Of a DNA stretch of 8,389 nucleotides, positions 1 through 8,057 are shown piece by piece (the first letter of the stretch is position 1; each line of letters begins with the position of its first letter). The notes under the pieces are model-generated. The model was given only the letters and a program-made list of their open reading frames with translations. It was not told where the DNA came from and did no database searches. Origin of the DNA: Octopus sinensis (lineage: Eukaryota). The stretch lies in NCBI RefSeq assembly GCF_006345805.1, contig NW_021828445.1, positions 1 to 8,389 of the forward strand. The letters are read 5' to 3'. A program made the position numbers and the translations under genes.

Positions 1-143
1 ATAGCACATCAATCTCACCAATCTGAGAAGAGGAGGGAGTTTAAAGGCTGATATGGAAGGGAATGAGTATTAACTCCTCTATACATAGATATATGAATAC
101 ATTCATATGCACACAACCACACATATCTATATGAAGGTATAAA

Positions 144-174
144 TGTATATGTATACATATACATACATACCACA

Positions 175-210
<36 letters not shown>

Positions 211-246
211 TATATATATGTATATAATATATATATATAATATAAG

Positions 247-278
<32 letters not shown>

Positions 279-464
279 TATATATATATATATATATATA
301 TTATAGTGTAATAAATAAAATATATGCATACATACAAACATATATGTACGTACCGACATCTACATGTATATATACATGCATATATAAATATATATACGTG
401 AGTACAGGACACCACAACTAGACGTAGAACTCAACGAAAAACGAATATATATATATATATATAT
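144..464. repeat. Compound (TACA)n/(TA)n microsatellite with a ~48-nt non-repetitive island at about 397-445
   Basis: Directly visible. Confidence 0.92.
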
Positions 465-850
465 TTACTCCAACATTTCCTTACCTTCGGCCCAAACCCC
501 AACCTGACACTCGTCCACACTCGTTCGTCTGGCCGAACTTGTCCTCTCACTCAACTGCTTCTCATTCGCAGGGTGGTTTCTACCAGCAGGTCTCGGGAGT
601 GGCCATGGTCCCCACTCCCGAACTATACGGCCGTTATGTTGATGACTGTATCGGTGCGACCTCACTCTCCCGCGAACATCTAGACTCCTTCCTCTCCTTT
701 GTCAAATCTTTCCATCCCTCCCTCCACTTCTCTTGATCTATCTCTGGACACATCTGTCTCCTTTCTTGACATTTCGGTCAGCATTCATCACCCCACTCTC
801 ACCACCTCCATCCACTACAAACTGATTAACTACCATTCCTTCCTTCCTCT
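465..850 (+). mobile_element. Degraded Penelope-like element (PLE) reverse transcriptase fragment
   Basis: Joined across three frameshifts and one stop: LLQHFL.. / STLVRLAELVLSLNCFSFAG / GFYQQVSGVAM-PTPELYGRYVDDCIGATSLSREHLDSFLSFVKSFHPSLHFS* / DTSVSFLDISVSIHHPTLTTSIHYKLINYHSFL. YVDD lies at 635-646. The FHPxLxF, SFLDI and TSIHYK motifs are typical of PLE RTs. TGA at 734-736 replaces the expected Trp. Confidence 0.88.
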
Positions 851-1127
851 CTATCACCTTCCGCCCCTCCAGACCAAATACACTCAGAAATGCTCACATA
901 CACTAATCAACCTTTTCATTGGTCAAAATTGGTAAACAACCGTTAGTTAGACATACGTTAAAGCCATATTTCCCGAAGAAATGAATGCATGAACATGATC
1001 ACTCCGATGTCCATGGATACTACGAATTGTACTGTAATGATCTCAGGAATACGGACCATACTCTTAAGACGTGATCTGTGGAAACGCGCGTAGCGAAGCA
1101 TTAAAGGATTTTTAAAGTTCATCCATA

Positions 1128-1311
1128 GGCGCAGGAGTGGCTGTGTGGTAAGTAGCTTGCGTACCAACCACATGGTTCCGGGTTCTCTCCCACTGTGTGG
1201 AAACCTTGGGCAAGTCTCTTCTGCTATGGCCTCGGGGCGACCAAAGCCTTGTGAGTGGATTTGGTAGAAAACGGAACTGAAAGACGGCCCGTCGTATATA
1301 TATATGTGTAT

Positions 1312-1379
<68 letters not shown>

Positions 1380-1650
1380 CTATATATATATATATTATAT
1401 AATATATATATATAATGTATGTATGTATGTATGTATGTATGTATGTGTATATGTTTGTTGTTTGTTTGTCCCCCCAACATCGCTTGACACCGATGCTGGT
1501 GTCTTTACGTCCTCGTAACTTAGCGGTTCGGCAAAGGGACGATAGAATAATTACTGGGCTTACCAAGAATAAGTCCTGGGTCGATTTGCTCGACTAAAGG
1601 CGGTGCTCCAGCATGGCCACATCAAATGACTGAAACAAGTAAAAAAGTAA
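1128..1650 (+). mobile_element. tRNA-derived SINE (family A) with an internal (TA)n/(TATG)n tract
   Basis: Starts GGCGCAGGAG with A-box-like TGGCTGTGTGG (1138-1148) and degenerate B-box GGTTCTCTCCC (1181-1191). The body contains ACCTTGGGCAAG. After the microsatellite the 3' half runs TTTGTCCCCC...GGCGGTGCTCCAGCATGGCC...GAAACAAGTAAAAAAG. It matches my recollection of a high-copy Octopus SINE; family name not verified and no TSD seen. Confidence 0.85.
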
Positions 1651-1660
1651 GGATTATCTT

Positions 1661-1764
1661 ACACACACACACACACACACACACCACACACACACTTACA
1701 CACTCATTTATATTTATATATACTTGCATGTAATAGCTATAGCTACATGTATATGCATGTGTAT

Positions 1765-1795
<31 letters not shown>

Positions 1796-1808
1796 CATAT
1801 ATCATATA
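1661..1808. repeat. (CA)n followed by degenerate (TA)n
   Basis: Directly visible. Confidence 0.88.
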
Positions 1809-2127
1809 TTTTTATGATCTTCATGGAACATTTCAACTTGTATTATTATCTCTGTGAAACTCATTGAAATTTCTGTGAACATTTGAACGTTTGAAAATTT
1901 CATGGATTAAACATGCTTTTCCGAATTTTATCTTGTAGCTTTAAACTTTGTTAAAGCCTGTATTTATTTATTTATGCCACAGATAATCGAAGAATTGTTA
2001 AAACCGGTTTGGTTGTTGAATAAATCTATTACAAAATTAAAAAAATATAGTTGGAATTTACACACACACCCCACCCACACATTTATATGATGAGCAAAAT
2101 ACTAGTTCTAAAATCTCTAACTAAACG

Positions 2128-2154
2128 ATATTATATATATATAATATATATATG

Positions 2155-2205
<51 letters not shown>

Positions 2206-2303
2206 ATATATATATATATATATATCTATATATCTTTATATATATATAATCTATATATATATATATATATAATATATCTATATATATATATATATATATA
2301 TAT
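2128..2303. repeat. Imperfect (TA)n microsatellite
   Basis: Directly visible. Confidence 0.95.
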
Positions 2304-2471
2304 CTATTTATTATGAAATAGAAAGATGAATAATCTTGTAGCAGATTAATCAAAAGTTTAAAACCGATACCTTGGTAGCAAAAATCACAGCAGAAGACGC
2401 ACGCGTTGGAGGTACAACCATATGGTGTTGCAACCGTGCGTTGGGTGCGGATAATTGAATTTTAATATTAT

Positions 2472-2780
2472 TGGTGAATTGAAGAAATGGAGCTGAACGA
2501 AGATTGAACAGAAATCGTTTTATTTCATTCTACACGTGTTTCGAAAGGCACAATTTACCAAAATCCGATTGAATAATGAGACCATATTGTGTCTTTCTCT
2601 TCAGAAAGAAATAGGAAATCCGTTTTGAACGGATTTCCTATTTCTTCCTGAAGAGAAAGACACAATATGGTCTCATTATTCAATCGGATTTTGGTAAATT
2701 GTGCCTTTCGAAAACACGTGTAGAATGAAAAAAACGATTTCTGTTCAATCTTCGTTCAGCTCCATTTCTTCAATTCACCA
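2472..2780. repeat. Near-perfect 309-bp inverted repeat (153-bp arms, TTG loop)
   Basis: Arm 2472-2624 is the reverse complement of 2628-2780 apart from one mismatch (A2605/C2647) and two single-nt indels in homopolymer runs. Confidence 0.97.
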
Positions 2781-2782
2781 TA

Positions 2783-3056
<274 letters not shown>

Positions 3057-3267
3057 GTGCATGTATATATGTATATTTTGCAGTGTGTACCATTGGACAG
3101 TTTTTTAAAACTCTTTTCCAAAAGACCAAACCAGACATTCCTAAAGACAGAATTCGAAGCCCTACTCCCTGCTCTTGTTTATCGTCTACAAGTCGAACGA
3201 TGTGGCATAAACACTGACTCAAAGAATAAAATTCGACCCACCACATTTCAAAGTAAGTCCAATAATT

Positions 3268-3403
3268 ATACATATATATATATGTGTGTGTGTATGTGTG
3301 TGTGTGTGTATGTGTGTGTGTGTGTATGTGTGTGTGTGTGTATGTGTGTGTGTGTGACATAGAGAGAGAGAGAGAGAGAGAAGAGAGAGAGAGAAAGGGA
3401 GAT
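3268..3403. repeat. Compound (TA)n-(TG)n-(GA)n microsatellite
   Basis: Directly visible. Confidence 0.95.
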
Positions 3404-3764
3404 GATTCTGTGTTTGTCTTTTCTTAAAAATAATAAGCTATATTTCATATTCAAGGTATAAATATTAGTTATGCTTTCTCATACAAGAAAGGTGTGAGTC
3501 AAATACTGTCACCCGTCTTGTCAATAACTGTCATCTGTAGAAATGGTAAGATCTGGAATTCTTTCCACGTAAACATTTACACTAAAGATGACATGGCTGT
3601 CTCAACCTAAACAACATCGGCAAAATCCCGCCAATTTCTGATCACTTGCAACAACGAGGGGACCTCGCCACTTGTTGTATGTACCAACCAAAGGTGTTTC
3701 GATAGGTATGAGTATGATGAGAATAATAGAAAACAAGTTAAACGTCGTTCCTTTTTGCTGTCTC

Positions 3765-4174
3765 GGCGAGCTGGCAGAAACGTTAGCACACCGGGCGAAA
3801 TGCTTAGCGGTATTGCGTCTGTCGTTGCGTTCTGAGTTCAAATTCCGCCGAGGTCGACTTTGCCTTTCATCCTTTCGGGGTCGATAAATTAAGTACCAGT
3901 TACGCACTGGGGTTGATGTAATCGACTTAATACCTATGTCTATCCTTGTTTGTCCCCTCTGTGTTTAGCCCCTTGTGGGTAATAAAGAAATAGGTATTGC
4001 GTCTGTCGTTGCGTTCTGAGTTCAAATTCCGCCGAGGTCGACTTTGCCTCTCATCCTCTCGGGGTCGATAAATTAAGTACCAGATACGCACTGGGGTCGA
4101 TGTAATCGACTTAATCCGTTTGTCTGTCCTTGTTTGTCCCTTCTATGTTTAGCCCCTTGTGGGCAGTAAAGAAA
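3765..4174 (+). mobile_element. tRNA-derived SINE (family B) with a head-to-tail second copy of its 3' 184 bp
   Basis: A-box-like TGGCAGAAACG at 3772-3782 and B-box-like GAGTTCAAATTCC at 3834-3846, repeated at 4018-4030. Units are 3809-3992 and 3993-4174 (period 184 bp) with 12 substitutions. The central GACTTTGCCTTTCATCCTTTCGGGGTCGATAAATTAAGTACC resembles a conserved SINE central domain (possibly Meta; from memory, unverified). Confidence 0.87.
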
Positions 4175-4602
4175 CACATATATTCATTTCATGTTTGGTT
4201 TTCTTACCTCGAATTTCTAAGCTTCAGCGTAATAAGAGACAAACATAATTGGACTTTTTTTTGCCTTGTATCATCTATTTCATGTCTTTTGTCTCGACGC
4301 CCTTAGTTGCATTCTGTTCTGGTATAGTTTTGTAGCTTAGCTTTCAAGGATCATCATAACTTGTAAATCAATTTTGATGCCTTCTTATAGTATGTCACCC
4401 TTCATTATTTTTTGCTTTAGCCATTCTCCCATTCTGCAATCTCCGACATTTCCTCGTGTTTAGGTCCTATTTATTGGAGATAGGTCTAACGATTTTAGCT
4501 TATGGTTTGGTTGACTCTTCGATTTTAAAAGTGCAAAAGATGATACTATAACACAGCGGAATAGCCTTAACGCAGCAGAACAGCTAGGATGTAGTAGCTT
4601 GG

Positions 4603-4661
4603 GAGAGAGAGAGAGAGAGAAAATGAGTGTGTGTGTGTATGTGTAAGAAAGAGAGAGAAAT

Positions 4662-4693
<32 letters not shown>

Positions 4694-4783
4694 TGTGTGT
4701 GTATGTGTAAGAAAGAGAGAGAAATAGAGAGAGAGAGAGAGAGAGAGAATGAGTGTGTGTGTATGTGTAAGAAAGAGAGAGAA

Positions 4784-4825
<42 letters not shown>

Positions 4826-4873
4826 TGTGTGTGTATGTGTAAGAAAGAGAAATAGAGAGAGAGAGAGAGTGAG
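4603..4873. repeat. Higher-order tandem repeat, four units of (GA)n-AATGA(GT)nATGTGTAAGAAAGAGA(GA)AATA
   Basis: The anchor AATGAGTGTG starts at 4622, 4688, 4748 and 4820 (periods 66, 60 and 72 bp). Confidence 0.93.
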
Positions 4874-5380
4874 ACTTCATAAGTATCCGGTTAGTGCTTA
4901 TTTTATAGCTGGGTAGACAGAAGTAACATGAAATTAATTGCCTTGCTCAAACCTTTCTCCGGACTTCTCTTGAGATGTCTTGGAGTGTTTCTAGTTCTTG
5001 TGAGGATAGAAGTAGTCTAGAGCAGTCTTTCCAAAACACAGATGTATAAACCTTTTATTCTTTCTTATTTCCAACTAAATTTTTTTCTTGAAATAGTGTG
5101 ATGCCTCAAAATTCTATTCGTTTTACATGTGTTGGAATTTGCTCAGTTTCGCATAATAACATCATTACTGTCGTTTTTACTATCACTATTTTCAAAAGTA
5201 CATGTTAAACTGTTAGGAATATGCTTTATCTGCTAACTGTTATTTGAATGTTATTGCTTCTCCCTACTGTTCATTCCAATGTGCTGTGTTTTTTTTCTCC
5301 ATCTACTCTTGGAATATTTTGTCGTCGTGTACCATATTTATACTCCGTTACATTTTGAAAGTGAAAATATGCGTGTATCG

Positions 5381-6004
5381 AGAGCAGACAAGGGGAACGT
5401 TATAGAGAATTTCAGGTCCATAACTCTGTTAAACGCAGAAGTGAAGATTTTGGCCAAGGTCTGAGCAAAAAGGTTGGCGCGTGTCGTGAATGGTATAGTC
5501 AGGGTGGCACAGACATGTGCCATCCCAGGCAGAACCATTCAGGATACCCTCCATCTTATTCGCTATACCATAGAGAGAGTTGGTAATAAATCTGGCAAAG
5601 GTGGGGCATTGGTACATTTAGACCAGTCTAAAGCTTTTGATAGGGTTGACTACCGATACCTGGCGACTGTGCTTGCGCGGTTCGACCTGGGCTTTGGCTT
5701 CCTCAGGTGGTTTATCGCTTTGTACCACAACATTGACTCGATAGTTCGGGTGAACGGTTTCCTTTCGAAGCCGTTCTGCATCAGACGCTCGGTTCGTCAA
5801 GGATGTCCGCTCTCACCACTTTTGTATGTGATGGTTCTCGAGCCCTTAATGCGAAGGTTGAGTGGCATCCCGAGAGAACCAGTCCTAGAGGAGTTTGTTA
5901 CGGCTTACACGGATGATATCACTATCAGCATAACCTCAGTAGCATGCCTACGTGAAGTCGGTAAGACTATTGAGGCTTATGAGGAGGTGGCAGGAGCAAA
6001 GATT
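5381..6004 (+). mobile_element. L1/Tx1-clade non-LTR retrotransposon RT fragment, truncated at both ends
   Basis: One reading frame: DKGNVIENFRSITLLNAEVKILAKV*AKRLARV...LDQSKAFDRVD...RSVRQGCPLSPLLYVMVLEPL...AYTDD...GAKI. A single in-frame TGA at 5462-5464 replaces the expected Leu. The catalytic motif reads YTDD (5906-5917). Confidence 0.93.
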
Positions 6005-6600
6005 GGTATAAGCACCACTCGGAGGTTGTAACTGAGAGATAAAATATCACGATTCTTTGGAACTTTCCAGTACATACAGACAGAACCATCACAGCCAATA
6101 AATCGGATATTATTGTGAAAGACCAAAACAATAAAGTCTGTTTATTGATCAACACGAGTGTTTCTTGTGATCATAATATCTCGGCAAAAGAATTTCACAA
6201 GCACAGAAAATATAAAGATTTGCTCATTGAAATCGAAAAAAATGTAGCATCTCAAGACGGTTATAATACCAGTGATTACAGGAGTACTTGGAATTAACAA
6301 AGAAAGGAACTGAAAATTGTTTGGGAATGATTCCTGGCTTACCAACCAAGCAAGGAGTACAAAAAATTGTTTTAACAGGTACGTAATACGTATTGAGATG
6401 AGCATTGTCGCAATGAAAAACATTTCAACCCATATAACATTTTCAGTTTTTAAAAAAATTTTTCTTTTTCCCTTTTTTTTCTCTCTCATAACTTGATTTT
6501 GTAAATGAACTACCGGGTGAGTTATTTTTACAGTGAGTTTCTTTGCTTCAGGTGTCGGGAAGACACTCAGCAAGAAAATGGAAACAGAACTGAAAGGAAA
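6001..6600 (+). mobile_element. 3' end of an R4/Dong-like RLE-type non-LTR retrotransposon (degraded restriction-like endonuclease domain plus probable 3' UTR) abutting (TAA)n
   Basis: DWYKHHSEVVTE.*.ITILWNFPVHTDRTITANKSDIIVKDQNNKVCLLINTSVSCDHNISAKEFHKHRKYKDLLIEIEK / M*HLKTVIIPVITGVLGI / KGTENCLGMIPGLPTKQGVQKIVLTGT*YVLR*ALSQ* ends at 6416. This fits the R4-clade C-terminal PD-(D/E)xK region with PD>SD (6103-6108) and D>N (6151-6153). The UTR extent is approximate. Confidence 0.82.
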
Positions 6601-6624
6601 ATAAAAATAATAATGATAATAATA

Positions 6625-6696
<72 letters not shown>

Positions 6697-6819
6697 GATG
6701 ATGATGATGATAAAAATAAAAAAAATAATAATAATAATAAAAATACAAATAATGATAATAATTTTAATAATAATAATAATAATTAAAAAAAAAAATAAAA
6801 AAAAAAAAATAATAATAAT
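6601..6819. repeat. (TAA)n microsatellite with (GAT)n and poly-A interruptions
   Basis: Directly visible; it is the source of the poly-I/poly-L pseudo-ORFs. Confidence 0.95.
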
Positions 6820-6821
6820 GC

Positions 6822-6851
6822 CTGATTTGTATATATTTCTGTCTCTTGCAG
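6822..6851 (+). promoter_or_regulatory. Branch point, polypyrimidine tract and 3' splice site of the ZIP exon
   Basis: CTGAT (yUnAy) at 6822-6826 puts the branch A at 6825, 26 nt before the AG end. It is followed by T/C-rich TTTGTATATATTTCTGTCTCTTG and CAG. Confidence 0.7.
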
Positions 6852-7021
6852 CATGGATGTATGGAATCGGTTTCTCCTTACTGGTCTGTAGCGTTTCCAT
6901 GATCGGAAGTATCTTGGTACCGTTTATGGGCTCTCCTTACTTCACCAGAGGTCTACAGTTCCTTGTAGGTATGGGTGCCAGCTGTCTCTATGGTACAGCC
7001 ATCATTATTCTAATTCCGCAC
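6852..7021 (+). CDS. SLC39A: Internal coding exon (TM1-TM2) of a LIV-1 subfamily ZIP/SLC39A divalent metal transporter, most like ZIP8/ZIP14; exact paralog unresolved
   Basis: Acceptor TTTCTGTCTCTTGCAG ends at 6851 and donor CAC|GTAAGT starts at 7022. The exon is 170 bp, phase 1 to phase 0, with no stops: (x)-WMYGIGFSLLVCSVSMIGSILVPFMGSPYFTRGLQFLVGMGASCLYGTAIIILIPH. It aligns without gaps over 56 aa to human ZIP14 as I recall it ([56 protein letters not shown]), sharing WxYG, G...VPFM, LY..A...LIP. The upstream poly-I/K and downstream HTHT parts of ORF 6698-7090 are intronic repeats. Confidence 0.88.
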
Positions 7022-7027
7022 GTAAGT
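7022..7027 (+). promoter_or_regulatory. 5' splice donor GTAAGT
   Basis: Consensus GTAAGT lies immediately after the LIPH codons, where ZIP similarity stops. Confidence 0.85.
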
Positions 7028-7045
7028 TTATTCTACCAAATGTTT

Positions 7046-7069
7046 CACACACACACACACACACACACA
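7046..7069. repeat. (CA)12 microsatellite
   Basis: Directly visible, starting 24 nt into the intron after the ZIP exon. Confidence 0.95.
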
Positions 7070-7246
7070 TCCGTCCCACACACTGTATAGTATAGTAGAG
7101 TATGGCAAAACATAGGCCAAACTGTACAGGCGAGAAACGGCTTGTTAACATAGACCATGCTTTCGCTATTTTAGATGTGGGTGTGGTGGGAAGGGGTTGG
7201 TGAGAGCAGATAGTCTATGTTTGCGTATGATTTCATGTGATAAATA

Positions 7247-7387
7247 TTAGGTTGTCCCAAAAGTTCGTAAACACTTGCGAAAATTGAATTTTTACTCGCC
7301 AAGTACTAACAAAAACAACAAAAATTATTCCTCAAAATAAAGACCATTATTTTCCAAGACTTTCTACGAACTTTTGGGACAACCTTA
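7247..7387. mobile_element. 141-bp Tc1/mariner-type MITE
   Basis: 23-bp TIRs TTAGGTTGTCCCAAAAGTTCGTA (7247-7269) and TACGAACTTTTGGGACAACCTTA (7365-7387) match at 22/23 positions. Flanking TA at 7245-7246 and 7388-7389. The TTAGGTTG terminus resembles mariner ends. Confidence 0.88.
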
Positions 7388-7672
7388 TAAAGCCTCATTT
7401 CGAAAGAACCTACCAACAGGGACCGTATTTGCAATTGCTGTTCCCGCTCTTCAGGTCATCAGGTTGGGTTGGAATGGAGCCTTCACATAAGATACATTGC
7501 AGCACGACATGTATAAACGACATGTATAAATTGCCTTTCCTGAAACATGTTGCATCCTTAACGGAATATCTCCATTAGCTCTTCTCGATCTCAAAAGATT
7601 TTTCGCTCACATTTATTTCTTGTTAATTTTTAGGTTGTGCTTCGTGTCTTCACTGAAACATTGCTCTCTGGA

Positions 7673-8057
7673 GGAGGCGCAATGGCCCAGTGGTTAGGGC
7701 AGCGGACTCGCGGTCATAGGATCGCGGTTTCGATTCCCAGACCGGGCGTTGTGAGTGTTTATTGAGCGAAAACACCTAAAAGCTCCACGAGGCTCCGGCA
7801 GGGGATGGTGGTGATCCCTGCTGTGCTCTTTCACCACAACTTTCTCTCACTCTTACTTCCTGTTTCTGTTGTACCTGTATTTCAAAGGGCCGGCCTTGTC
7901 ACTCTCTGTGTCACGCTGAATATCCCCGAGAACTACTTTAAGGGTACACGTGTCTGTGGAGTGCTCAGCCACTTACACGTTAATTTCACGAGCAGGCTGT
8001 TCCGTTGATTCGGATCAACCGGAACCCTCATCGTCGTAACCGACGGAGTGCTTCCAA
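7673..8057 (+). mobile_element. Full-length tRNA-derived SINE (family C) with a 10-bp target-site duplication
   Basis: A-box TGGCCCAGTGG at 7683-7693 and B-box GTTTCGATTCC at 7727-7737 in a tRNA-like head. Perfect direct repeat GCTCTCTGGA at 7663-7672 and 8058-8067. Confidence 0.92.

Noticed and set aside
15-421. ORFs 15-359 (-) and 143-421 (+)
   Set aside because: YI/HT/YVCM runs are translations of (TA)n and (TACA)n microsatellites.
958-1597. ORFs 958-1566, 1112-1480 and 1415-1597
   Set aside because: They read through SINE A and its stop-free microsatellite; no recognisable protein motif.
2648-2675. CTGAAGA-GAAA-GAC...GTC-TC inside the palindrome resembles a hammerhead ribozyme core
   Set aside because: There is no helix II between the conserved boxes and helix I cannot pair.
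3640-3712. Donor-like AG|GTATGA at 3705/3706 with a Cys-containing upstream frame
   Set aside because: No credible acceptor lies downstream of the in-frame stops in the frames checked.
3809-4174. Direct repeats as a CRISPR-like array
   Set aside because: Two 184-bp SINE-derived units without spacers in a eukaryotic intron.
6600-6799. AATAAA hexamers at 6600, 6715 and 6794 as intronic polyadenylation signals giving an ectodomain-only ZIP isoform
   Set aside because: Expected by chance in an A/TAA-rich tract; unsupported without 3'-end sequencing.
6142-6900. 252-aa minus-strand ORF and related poly-I/poly-L ORFs that look like membrane proteins
   Set aside because: The hydrophobic runs come from (TTA)n, and the flanks are antisense of the R4 remnant and the ZIP exon.
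7391-7480. Minus-strand CTGATGA/CTGAAGA...CGAAA with partial helix II and III pairing (hammerhead-like)
   Set aside because: No helix I can form and helix II has mismatches. An Infernal search with hammerhead covariance models would settle it.
7673-7750. Possible tRNA gene
   Set aside because: A and B boxes are present, but the acceptor stem does not close and the head continues into a SINE body bounded by a TSD.
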